From the NCBI GenBank assembly GCA_034520945.1, contig JAXHNB010000001.1, positions 32,001 to 96,000 of the forward strand: DNA of 64,000 bases, given 5' to 3'. Below are positions 13,603 through 22,186 of this stretch, one piece after another (within the stretch, counting starts at the first letter, position 1; the number at the start of each line of letters is the position of its first letter). Origin of the DNA: Trueperaceae bacterium. GTDB taxonomy: Bacteria > Deinococcota > Deinococci > Deinococcales > Trueperaceae. The notes under the pieces were generated by a model. That model worked only from the letters and a program-made list of their open reading frames with translations. It did not search any database and was not told the DNA's origin. A program made the translations under genes and the position numbers.

Positions 13603-13947
13603 TCAGTCGGCCGCCGGGGCCGCCGCGGGCTGGGCCTTGCGGGTGTGCCACTCGGGGCGGTCCTTGACGACCAGCACGCGCATCACGTTGTCGCGCTGGC
13701 GCAAGGAGGCCTCGATCTGCTTGGGCGTGTCGTTCGGGAGCGACAGCCGGTAGATCAGGTAGTACCCCTCGTTCAGCTTGCGGATCGGGTAGGCCAGGCG
13801 TTGGCTGCCCCACTCGTCGAGCTTGACGAGCGTGCCTCCGGCGCGCTGAATCTGCGCGTCGACGGCGTCCTTCTCCGTCTGCACCTGGGCGTCGGACAGG
13901 CCCGGGTCGAGGATCAGATTCAGGTCGTACTCTGCGGTCTTGGTCAT
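13603..13947 (-). CDS. rpsF: 30S ribosomal protein S6
   Basis: YDLNLILDP, WGSQRLAYPIRK, VMRVLVVK; AGGAGGT RBS. Confidence 0.96.
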   Translation of the reverse strand: MTKTAEYDLNLILDPGLSDAQVQTEKDAVDAQIQRAGGTLVKLDEWGSQRLAYPIRKLNEGYYLIYRLSLPNDTPKQIEASLRQRDNVMRVLVVKDRPEWHTRKAQPAAAPAAD

Positions 13948-14103
13948 GCGTTCACCTCCTCTCCGCTTGGAATCGCCGCGGGGGCCCTGGGCCGTCCCGT
14001 TCGAAGGGGGCACGGCGCGACGCGAACCGGCGTGCGGTCCGCCCTCAGGGACGCATTCCCTGCCGCGGGGGCCGCCGAGCGGCGGCAACTGACGATTGTA
14101 GCA
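13948..14103 (-). promoter_or_regulatory. rpsF promoter (extended -10 TGCTACAAT) and ~140-nt 5' leader
   Basis: TACAAT at 14095-14100 preceded by TG; GC-rich leader ending in the SD. Confidence 0.55.
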
Positions 14104-14141
14104 CGATTCGTCCGTCCAGCACGGTGACGCGGCGGGGCGCG

Positions 14142-15566
14142 TCACCCGCGCGGCGCGGCGTCCGCGTCCACGACCTCGTCGCCCGTCCAGGCGCGCGCCA
14201 CGGCCCGGGCGTCCCGCACGCAGGCGTTCACGCCGGCGCCGCCGTACGCGGCGCCCACGAGCGCCAGCGGACCCAGCGCGGCGGCCCGCGCCCGCCAGCG
14301 AGACACCCGGGCGGGGTGCCCCACGAGCGGTTGGGGGATGGCCCGAGGCCAGGTGAGGGTGCGCACGTGGGTGGGCGGGGCGTTCACCCCGAGCGTGACG
14401 CGCAGGTCGCGCCGCGCCACGGCCAGCGCCTCGTCCGCGCCCATGCGGACCAACGCCGGGTCGCGGCGCCCGCCGGCCAGGACACGCAACAGGGCGGTTC
14501 CCTCCGGCGCCTGCCCGGGGAATAGGGTGGAGGCGAACAGCACGCCCAGGCTGCGGGCGCCCCGGCCGGCGGGGATCAGGTAGCCGAAGCCGCCCAGGGG
14601 ATGCGGCACGTCGACGCGCCGGTAGCCGAGCGCGATCACGCGCATGGGCGCGTAGGGAAGGGCGGCCAGTTCGTCGGCCAGCTCGGCGTCGTGGGGCCCC
14701 AGCAGCTCCGCCGCCGCGTGGGTCGGCACCGCCAGCGCGACGCGGCGGGCCCGCACCTCCTCGGCGCCTGCGCAGCGGAGCCGCCAGCCGTCACGCTCGC
14801 GCGTCAGGGCGTGCACGGGCGTGCCGGTCCGCAGCGCATCGCCCGCGGCGGCGGCCAGGGCGTCGGTGAAGGCCTGCATGCCGTCGGCCCCGAAGCCGTG
14901 GAGGCGTGGGCGTGGCGGCGCGTCGGCGGTCGATGCGTCAGCGTGCGGTGCCGCGGCCTGGGCCCGTTTCGTGCGGGCCCGGACGGCACGCAGCAGGCTG
15001 CCGTGCCTCCGCTCCATGGCACGCAGCTCGGGAAACGCCGCGTCCAGCGAGACCTCGCGCGGGTCGCCGCCCAGGACGCCCAGCACCAATGCTTCGCCCA
15101 GCGCGTCGGCGGCCGGACGCCCGAACCTGCGCGCGAGGAAGGCGTCGACGCTCTCCTCTTCGGTGCCCACGGGCGCCCACGGCTCGGCCAGCGCGATCGC
15201 CTTGCCAAGGGGGCCGAGCAGTTCGCTACGCAGCGCCTCCCGCGGCGACGTGGGCAGCGGGCGCAGCCCGCCGTCCCGGTAGATCCAACGCGTGCGGGCG
15301 GCTGGATCGGCGGGCCGTGGGTCCGCCCCCAGCGCCCGGGCGAGGGGGACGGCGCCGTCTGCGTCGTCCAGCACGCCGCTGGGCCCCCAGTCGGCGAGGT
15401 ACCCCTCGGCGCGGCTGCTCCGCGCTGCGCCGCCGGGGGCCTCGTCGGCCTCCAGCACGGCGATCCGCCACGACGGCCGGGCGCGCCGCAGCAGGGCGGC
15501 CAGCGCCAACCCGCTCACGCCGGCGCCTACCACGGCGGCGTCGAACGTCGGCTCGGGGTGCGTCAC
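14142..15566 (-). CDS. hemY: HemY-type protoporphyrinogen/coproporphyrinogen oxidase
   Basis: VVGAGVSGLA FAD motif, GFGYL, WPRAIPQ, GAGVNACV; GTG preceded by TATCGT -10. Confidence 0.9.
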   Translation of the reverse strand: MTHPEPTFDAAVVGAGVSGLALAALLRRARPSWRIAVLEADEAPGGAARSSRAEGYLADWGPSGVLDDADGAVPLARALGADPRPADPAARTRWIYRDGGLRPLPTSPREALRSELLGPLGKAIALAEPWAPVGTEEESVDAFLARRFGRPAADALGEALVLGVLGGDPREVSLDAAFPELRAMERRHGSLLRAVRARTKRAQAAAPHADASTADAPPRPRLHGFGADGMQAFTDALAAAAGDALRTGTPVHALTRERDGWRLRCAGAEEVRARRVALAVPTHAAAELLGPHDAELADELAALPYAPMRVIALGYRRVDVPHPLGGFGYLIPAGRGARSLGVLFASTLFPGQAPEGTALLRVLAGGRRDPALVRMGADEALAVARRDLRVTLGVNAPPTHVRTLTWPRAIPQPLVGHPARVSRWRARAAALGPLALVGAAYGGAGVNACVRDARAVARAWTGDEVVDADAAPRG

Positions 15567-15625
15567 GGCGTGCACGATACCGCGGCCGTCGCGGCGTGCC
15601 GCCGGCGCGCGGGGTGGCCCGCCGT

Positions 15626-16618
15626 TCAGGGGCGGCGGTACACGAAGGTGGACCGGATCACGTACGGCCAGGTGGGGCGGGGGTCTTCGCCGGTGAACAG
15701 GCGGTCCAGGACCAGGCAGCGCACCTGGTGCCAGCCGGGGCTCAGGGGTGGGGTGCGGGCCGGGATCAGGGCGGCCGTGCCGCGCGGGACCTTGCCGTAC
15801 CACAACAGGCGCCCCTCGAAGGCGGGGAACTGCCGGTCGTTTAACAGGCAGGTGAGGGCGTACGGCCCGTCGTGGCGCGCGGACTCGCCGTACCACAGGC
15901 CGAAGCGCCAGACCTCCTCGCCGGCCGGCAGCACGTGGATCGATGCCGGGGCCCGCGGCGTGCCGCGGTCGTAGAGGTAGGCGTCGGGCAGGGGGGCCTC
16001 GGCGCGGGTCGCCTCGGTGGACGCCAGGCCGGGCGGTGGTGGCCGTGCTTCGCCGAAGGCCACGCGACGCATGTCGGCCTGGTCGTACGCGTACGTGACG
16101 GCGTCGGCGGGGGAGAGGGGCTGGTCGGGGCCGGCTTCGCGGATCGCCTCGGGCACGGCGGGCGAGGGGTGAGGGGTCAGGTGCACGTCGAGCGCTGTGC
16201 CGGCGGGATGCGGGAGGTGAACGCTCCACGCCGCCGTTTCCCCACACGCAACGGTGCGGACCGGATCAGGCCCGTGGCGCTGCACGCCGTCGGCGAAGGC
16301 CAGCATGGCGACGTCCACGGGCTGTGGGACCGAGATCAGGCGGAAGGTCGCACGAAGCGAGGTTGCGTCCGCGTCACGCTTCGTGTCGCTGCCCACCGAG
16401 TAGCGGATCCGGTCGGGCTGCGGGTCGGCGCAGGGATCGCGTTGGGCGTCGGCAGGATGGCCCGCCGCGAGCAGCGCGGCGGATAAGAGCAGGGTACGTC
16501 CGACCTTCCTTGCGCGGCGCACCCGCCCCGCCCCCATGTCGGGGGGCGGGGCGCCAGGGCGCGTGAGGGCAAGCCGGAACAAGGGCGGAGATGCGGGCGT
16601 ACCGGGGGGTCGGCTCAT
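15626..16618 (-). CDS. Hypothetical exported protein
   Basis: Basic then hydrophobic signal-like segment (RRARKVGRTLLLSAALLAAGHPADA); ATG overlaps the upstream stop; true start uncertain. Confidence 0.65.
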   Translation of the reverse strand: MSRPPGTPASPPLFRLALTRPGAPPPDMGAGRVRRARKVGRTLLLSAALLAAGHPADAQRDPCADPQPDRIRYSVGSDTKRDADATSLRATFRLISVPQPVDVAMLAFADGVQRHGPDPVRTVACGETAAWSVHLPHPAGTALDVHLTPHPSPAVPEAIREAGPDQPLSPADAVTYAYDQADMRRVAFGEARPPPPGLASTEATRAEAPLPDAYLYDRGTPRAPASIHVLPAGEEVWRFGLWYGESARHDGPYALTCLLNDRQFPAFEGRLLWYGKVPRGTAALIPARTPPLSPGWHQVRCLVLDRLFTGEDPRPTWPYVIRSTFVYRRP

Positions 16619-17163
16619 CGGTCGTATGTTTCGTCGTACTCGGGAAAGTCCCCCGCGTTCTCGATCCCCTTGTGCCAGCCGTCCGCCCGCAAGGAGTACT
16701 CTTCGTACTCCTGGCAGGGGGCGCTGTACGACACCGAGGCCGAGATCGCCGAGATCGGGCCGTAGCTGTCCTCGAACGTCTGATTGCGCAGCACGCCGTT
16801 GGCGTACAGCTTGACGTCGGCCGCCAGATAGTAGGCAGAGCGGTTGGCGACGGTGGAGGCGTAGGCGTCGGCGCTCCAGGTGAAGAAATCGCTGTCGGGG
16901 TAGAAGCAGTCCATGGCGAACACGTTCAGGTCGGTGGCGGAGTCGTCGAGGTGGAACGGCTCGTCGTCGTCGTACCCTTCGTCGTACCCGTCATCGTCGT
17001 CCCCGCCCCAGCCGGCGACGGTACGTGCCAGCGCGTCGGACGGGGCCGGAACGGGCCCCTCGGCTGCGGCGAGGCCCGCCAGCAGCAGCGTGAGCGTGAG
17101 CAACGTGGCCGTCCACGCCAGGCGTGCGCCCGGCGCCACGTCTCGGTGGGGATGGGCGTTCAT
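16615..17163 (-). CDS. Hypothetical secreted acidic, Tyr-rich protein
   Basis: Signal peptide ending LAAA-E, GDDDDGYDEGYDDDE tract, two Cys; GGAGG RBS; ATGA coupling. Confidence 0.8.
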   Translation of the reverse strand: MNAHPHRDVAPGARLAWTATLLTLTLLLAGLAAAEGPVPAPSDALARTVAGWGGDDDDGYDEGYDDDEPFHLDDSATDLNVFAMDCFYPDSDFFTWSADAYASTVANRSAYYLAADVKLYANGVLRNQTFEDSYGPISAISASVSYSAPCQEYEEYSLRADGWHKGIENAGDFPEYDETYDR

Positions 17164-17684
17164 CGCGGGCCTCCCTTCAGGCCGAGCTGCCGGGCCAACG
17201 CCGGGTCGGCGCCGGGGTGAGAGACGAGGCGGCGCAGCTCGGCACGGCCGACACCGCGTCCCTGCGTCCGGGCCCAGGCGGCGCGCACCTGCCCCATGGT
17301 CACGCCGGCCGCGTCGAGGTGACGGCGCAGCGCCTCGGGACCGGCGTGGAGCAGCACGTCGCGCGTGGCGGGCGGAACCTGGTTCAGCACCGCGTCGTCC
17401 AGGCGCAGCAGGTTCAGGTCGCGGCCGTGCGACAACGTTCGCGGCAGGCCGGGCGGGAGGCGCTTGCCCCCCAGCAGGAAGGTGCCGTCCTCCGCGACGG
17501 TGATCTCACCGAGTTCGGCGAGGTCCAGGGTGCGCATCACCTCGGCGCGCGTCCAGGTGGGGTGCGGCCGGTCGGCCGTCTCCACTTCGGGGGCGTCGGG
17601 CGTGCCGCAGGCGGCCAGCATCACCGCGAGCGCGGCGAGGGCGACGGCGACGCGTGTACGCGTGGCGGGGGGTGTGCGTGTCAT
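17160..17684 (-). CDS. Hypothetical lipoprotein
   Basis: Lipobox LAAC after a hydrophobic signal; GGAGGG RBS. Confidence 0.8.
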   Translation of the reverse strand: MTRTPPATRTRVAVALAALAVMLAACGTPDAPEVETADRPHPTWTRAEVMRTLDLAELGEITVAEDGTFLLGGKRLPPGLPRTLSHGRDLNLLRLDDAVLNQVPPATRDVLLHAGPEALRRHLDAAGVTMGQVRAAWARTQGRGVGRAELRRLVSHPGADPALARQLGLKGGPR

Positions 17685-17712
17685 AGGGGTCCCTCCGTGA
17701 ACGACTCGGGGC

Positions 17713-19137
17713 TCAGGGTCGGCGTCTGCGTGGCGTCAGCGGCCTCACCCCCCTTCGGCGCGTCGCCCCGGCCGCCAGGGCCAGGGCGGGAAGGTCGAGG
17801 GTGCCGCCGAAACGGGCGTAGGGCGTGCGGGCGCGTGCCCAGGCGAGGTCGTGCACCAGGACGGCCGGGTCCCGCCCCGAGGTGTGGGCCACGGTGCGGC
17901 CGCGTGCGTCCAGCACGGTCGTGGGCCCGGTCGCGGTGACGAACAGCACGGGCGTGCCGTTCTCGGCGGCGCGGAGGCGCGCCACCGCGAGCTGCAGGTG
18001 CGGCATGGCGCTTCGCCCCGCGAAGGCGGCGTCCGACACGGCGACGAGCGCGTCCGCGTCGCGGGTGGCGGCGCGGATCTCGGCGGCGTACACCAGGTCG
18101 AAGCACACCGCCAGGGACAGCCGTCGTGGGCCGAACGTCACCTGCGCGGCCTCCGTGCCCGCTTCGAAGCGATCCTCGTGCCAAGGCACGGGATGACGCT
18201 TGACGTAGCGCACGGCGGCGTCGTCGGCCAGGTCGACCACGGCGTTGCGGAGCCCGGCATCGTCGCGAACCGCTGCCCCGACCAACACGGCGAACGGGGC
18301 CGTACCGAAGACGGGCGCCACGCGCGGGCCGGCGACGCCGGTGGGGGAGAGCGTCCCCTCCGGCCCAATGATCAGCCTGGCGCCCTGGCGCACGGCCCGC
18401 CGCAGCTGCCCGTCCAGGCGCGCCCGTAGGGCACGGCCCGCCTCCGGCCACCGCGCCGCCCAGGCGCGATCGGCCCGGCGGACGCCGGTCTGCAGCAGGG
18501 CGACGCGGGTGGTCGCGTCCCCCGGGGACGCGCGCAGCGTGCGCGGCGGCACGGCGAGGTGGGTCGCCAGCAGCAGCGCGGTCAGGCAGCCGAGCCACAT
18601 CGCGGGGCGCCGCAGGGTGGCCGCCCGTGGGCGCCGCGTCGCCAGCGGGAGGTCCGCCACCGCGAGCGCGGCCAGCCATGCCGCCACGCTGGTCGTGCTG
18701 ACGCCGGCGAGGGCGGCGGTCGGTCCCAGCGGCGTGGCGGCCACCAGGTAGCCGACCCGGACGAGCGGCAGGCCGCCGAGGTGGCCCCAGGCGGCTTCGA
18801 CGCTCAGCCAGGCCGCGGCGAAGCCCAGCGACGCCGCCTGCATGGAGGCGCCGCCGCGTAGGGCGCGGGCGTGGACCGCGCCGGCGAGGGCGAAGGGCGC
18901 GGCGACGGGCAGGGCCGCCAGCGGCGCCCACGGCCACACCTGCACGGCGCCGCCCGCCGTTACCGCCAGCGCGGATGCGACCGGCAGGGCGGACGCCGCG
19001 CAGGCCCCGAGGTAGCTGCGGGCGCGACGGGCGGCGTGCAGGGCCAACGCCAGCGCGGGCACCACCAGGATCGCGAGGGCCTCGTGGGCGGTTCCGAGCG
19101 CCATCGTTGCGGTGGAGGCCGCCAGAAGCAGACGCAT
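17713..19137 (-). CDS. Apolipoprotein N-acyltransferase-like (Lnt paralogue, nitrilase fold)
   Basis: Multi-TM N-terminus; VALLQ, GPEG (E), YVKRHPVP (K), AVCFD (C), LRAAENG; ATG overlaps the C39 gene stop (TGATG). Confidence 0.85.
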   Translation of the reverse strand: MRLLLAASTATMALGTAHEALAILVVPALALALHAARRARSYLGACAASALPVASALAVTAGGAVQVWPWAPLAALPVAAPFALAGAVHARALRGGASMQAASLGFAAAWLSVEAAWGHLGGLPLVRVGYLVAATPLGPTAALAGVSTTSVAAWLAALAVADLPLATRRPRAATLRRPAMWLGCLTALLLATHLAVPPRTLRASPGDATTRVALLQTGVRRADRAWAARWPEAGRALRARLDGQLRRAVRQGARLIIGPEGTLSPTGVAGPRVAPVFGTAPFAVLVGAAVRDDAGLRNAVVDLADDAAVRYVKRHPVPWHEDRFEAGTEAAQVTFGPRRLSLAVCFDLVYAAEIRAATRDADALVAVSDAAFAGRSAMPHLQLAVARLRAAENGTPVLFVTATGPTTVLDARGRTVAHTSGRDPAVLVHDLAWARARTPYARFGGTLDLPALALAAGATRRRGVRPLTPRRRRP

Positions 19138-19730
19138 CAGCCCGCCTCCGGCACGAAGACGAGGCCGGTCCATGCGGCGCGGAAGTCGTCCAGGGCGAGG
19201 CCGCGCAGGCCGCGCGCCGGGTCGGCCAGCAGCACGGCGCGGTCACTCAGGCGCCGCACCACCACCAGGTGGCCGGGCGCGGCAGGGGTGGGCGGCGCCA
19301 ACTCGGCGGCGAAGGGGCGGGGCAGGGCCGGCAGGTCGGTCAGGCGGGCGTGCAGCCAGCGGCCTTGGATCCCCACCTCGGCCGCCAGCGCCGCGACGTC
19401 GTCGAGGCGGAGGCCGGCGGGTCCCAGGCGGTCGCCGGCGCGGACGGCCAGATCCCCTTGGTCGAGGGACCGCCCGCGCGACGCGGCCAGCATGGCGACG
19501 ACGGCCAGGCCACAGTCGGTGGGCCGCCGTTGCAGCACCACGCCCTGGGTGCCGAGCGATAGGCTGCCGTCCGGCCGCTGGAGCGACGGAGGCAGCGGGC
19601 GCGCCAGCGGCGCCCAGGCCAGCACCCATGGCAGCAGGAACGCCAGCAGCCGGGCGGGGCGCGCCCGGCCGTGCGGTGCGCGGCGGGCAGGCCGGGGCGT
19701 GGGCTGGGGGGCGGGGCGCGGGAACGGCAT
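19137..19730 (-). CDS. Stand-alone C39-family cysteine peptidase with signal-like N-terminus
   Basis: GVVLQRRPTDCGLA (Q, C), GHLVVV (H), LADPARG (D), FRAAWTG; no ABC domain. Confidence 0.88.
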   Translation of the reverse strand: MPFPRPAPQPTPRPARRAPHGRARPARLLAFLLPWVLAWAPLARPLPPSLQRPDGSLSLGTQGVVLQRRPTDCGLAVVAMLAASRGRSLDQGDLAVRAGDRLGPAGLRLDDVAALAAEVGIQGRWLHARLTDLPALPRPFAAELAPPTPAAPGHLVVVRRLSDRAVLLADPARGLRGLALDDFRAAWTGLVFVPEAG

Positions 19731-19830
19731 GCCGCCACGGTAGGGGGGCCGCCGCCACGGTGCGCGGGGTGGTGGGCAGCCTGCCTAGCGCAGGGGTGCA
19801 CGCGGCCGTGTCGCCTTGGCGTCACGGACG

Positions 19831-19862
19831 GGCGGCGCCGTGGCCCGGCCTACGGCGCCGCC
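19831..19862 (-). terminator. Hairpin after hemH
   Basis: GGCGGCGCCGT / ACGGCGCCGCC stem between the hemH stop and the cassette promoter. Confidence 0.55.
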
Positions 19863-19926
19863 GCGCGACCCGGCCGAGCCCCCGGTTCGCGCTGGGCGAG
19901 GCGGTGCGCGGCTGGACCGGCCGGCC

Positions 19927-21051
19927 TCAGTCCGTCGCGTAGCCACCCTTCTTCAAAGACGGGCTGACGTTGGTGCGCTTGTACGGTGCCACCGGCTTCA
20001 GGACGTTGCGGCACTGCGGGTTGACGCAGCCGGGGCAGCGCAGGCCGTACTGGGTGCTGCACGCTTCGCCGCGCTTGAGGTGCTCGGCGACGATCTCGCT
20101 CAGCGCGTCCTGGAAGCGCGGCATGCCGTTGAGGGCCGGGGCGCGCACGTAGTTGTCGATGCCGACCTTCTCGGCCAGCTCGCCGTACTCGATGTCCAGT
20201 TCGTGCAGCGTCTCGATGTGGTCGCTGGTGAAGGCGATCGGGACGACCAGGACGTTCTTGCGCCTCTTGGCGCCCAGCTGCTCGATGACCGACTCGGTCG
20301 ACGGGCCCAGCCACGGCACGGGACCCACCTCGGACTGGTAGGCGATCAGGTACTCGTAGGCGTAGCCCAGCCGCTGCATCACCTCGTGCGTGGTGGCGCC
20401 GACCTCGGCCGGGTAGGGATCGCCCCGGTTGACGACGCTCATCGGCAGCGAGTGGGCGCTGAACACGATCGCCACGTCCTCGCGATCCTCGTCCGAGAAC
20501 TCGGCCAGGCCCTGGCGCACCGTTTCGGTCATGGCGTCCACGAAGGTGGCGTGCGTCGGCCAGCGGTCGATCACGCTCCATGTGAACGCGTCCTGCAGCC
20601 CCACGCGGCGGGCGGCCCGCCACAACTCGTTCAGCGACGAGCCGGTGGTCGCGCAACTGAACTGCGGGTACTGCGTGAACGCCACCGCCCGGGTGATGCC
20701 GTCGTCGTGCATCGCCTTCAGGGCATCCTCGCTGAGCGGGTCGATGTAGCGGAACGCCACGTAGTGGCGGTGCGGGGCCGTCTGGGGCGAGAGGGTGTCC
20801 AGGCGCTCGCACATGCCGCGGCCTTGGAGCTCGGTCCAGTCCAGGATGGGGCTGCCGCCGCCGATGTCCTGGTAGTTGCTCTGCACGCTCTTGGTGCGCC
20901 TGTTGGCGATGAACGGCCCCAGCCAACGCTGCGCCGGCAGCTGAATGATCTCCCGGTCGGCGAACAGCCGGAGCAGGAACGGGTTGACCTCGTCCAGGCG
21001 CTTCGGCCCACCGAGGTTCATCATCACGATTCCGGTACCACCTTGGCTCAT
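19927..21051 (-). CDS. hemH: Ferrochelatase with animal-type [2Fe-2S] Cys motif
   Basis: MMNLGGP, GGGSPI, YPQFSCATTGSS, FSAHSLP, GPVPWLGP, FTSDHIETLHELD, C-terminal CPGCVNPQC. Confidence 0.96.
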   Translation of the reverse strand: MSQGGTGIVMMNLGGPKRLDEVNPFLLRLFADREIIQLPAQRWLGPFIANRRTKSVQSNYQDIGGGSPILDWTELQGRGMCERLDTLSPQTAPHRHYVAFRYIDPLSEDALKAMHDDGITRAVAFTQYPQFSCATTGSSLNELWRAARRVGLQDAFTWSVIDRWPTHATFVDAMTETVRQGLAEFSDEDREDVAIVFSAHSLPMSVVNRGDPYPAEVGATTHEVMQRLGYAYEYLIAYQSEVGPVPWLGPSTESVIEQLGAKRRKNVLVVPIAFTSDHIETLHELDIEYGELAEKVGIDNYVRAPALNGMPRFQDALSEIVAEHLKRGEACSTQYGLRCPGCVNPQCRNVLKPVAPYKRTNVSPSLKKGGYATD

Positions 21052-21109
21052 GCTGGCATCCTCTCCGAACCCGTGCATCGTCGCGTCACGGGGGTGCGAT
21101 GTGCGCTGA

Positions 21110-22186
21110 TCACGCGCCTTCGGGCGTCCGCGGGCGCTCGCTCGCGGCGAGCTCGCGCTCGATCTCGTCTCGCGCCGCCTCCGGCGTCAGGGCGGCCCAG
21201 TCGCGCGGTTGGTAGAACCGCAGCGCCCGGGCCTCCTCCGTCCCCGCCGCCGGCCTCGCGTCGAAGCGCCAGGACGCCTCGGGCGGCATGCTCATCAATA
21301 TCGCCTCGACGTTGCCGCGCGTCTGCAAGCCGAACAGCGTTCCCCGGTCGTACACCAGGTTGAACTCGACGTAGCGCCCGCGGCGCAGGCGTTGCCAGTC
21401 CTTCTCCCGCGCCCCCCACGGCGCCGAGGCGCGGCGGCGGACCAGCGGCAGGTACGCCTCCAGGACGGTGGCGAGGCCGTCCTCGACGAACGCCAGGTCG
21501 GCGGCGAAGTCGCCCGCGCCGGGGGGCGAGAGCTCGTCGAAGAAGATGCCGCCCACCCCCCGCATCTCGCCCCGATGCCGGATCGTGAAGTAGTCGTCGC
21601 AGGTTCGCTTCATCACGGCGTGATCGGCCTGCGGGTGCCGGTCGCACTGCGCCTTCAGCGCCTGGTGGAACTGCACCACGTCCGCTTCGCGGGGGTGGCT
21701 GGGGGTCGCGTCCGCCCCGCCGCCGAACCACCACACGCCGCTGTCCTCGCCCCGCCCCACCTCGAAGTAGCGGTAGTTGGCGTGAAACGCGCACACGTGG
21801 GGGTTCGTCGGGTGCAACACCATGCTGAGCCCCGTCGCGAAGAACGGCCGCCCCTCCGTGCCGGGATGCTGCGCCGCCAGGCTGGGCGGAACCTCGGCGC
21901 CGTGCACGGCCGACATGTTCACGCCGCCCCGCTCGAACGCCGCGCCGCCCTCGATCACGCGGGCGCGACCGCCCCCACCACCGGGCCGATCCCAGGCGTA
22001 CGGCCGGAAGGTGCCGCCGTCCTCCGCCTCCAGCGCGGAGACGATGCGCTCCTGCCACGTCCGCATGGTGCGCGCCACGCGTTCGCGACGCGTGCCGGGC
22101 GCGCCGGCCAGGCGGGCGACGTCGGCCAACGCCTCGGCGTCGGCCTCCCGGGTCCACGGCGCGTCGCCGGCGCCCCCGCCCCTCAC
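21110..22186 (-). CDS. hemF: Oxygen-dependent coproporphyrinogen III oxidase
   Basis: HANYRYFE, WWFGGGAD, RGVGGIFFD, RRGRYVEFNLVYDRGTLFGL; start uncertain. Confidence 0.95.
   Translation of the reverse strand: MRGGGAGDAPWTREADAEALADVARLAGAPGTRRERVARTMRTWQERIVSALEAEDGGTFRPYAWDRPGGGGGRARVIEGGAAFERGGVNMSAVHGAEVPPSLAAQHPGTEGRPFFATGLSMVLHPTNPHVCAFHANYRYFEVGRGEDSGVWWFGGGADATPSHPREADVVQFHQALKAQCDRHPQADHAVMKRTCDDYFTIRHRGEMRGVGGIFFDELSPPGAGDFAADLAFVEDGLATVLEAYLPLVRRRASAPWGAREKDWQRLRRGRYVEFNLVYDRGTLFGLQTRGNVEAILMSMPPEASWRFDARPAAGTEEARALRFYQPRDWAALTPEAARDEIERELAASERPRTPEGA

Noticed and set aside
19731..19761. Direct repeat GCCGCCACGGT x2 as an insertion scar for the C39 cassette
   Set aside because: No matching copy seen at the other cassette end, no integrase or transposase, and GC-rich 11-mers recur by chance
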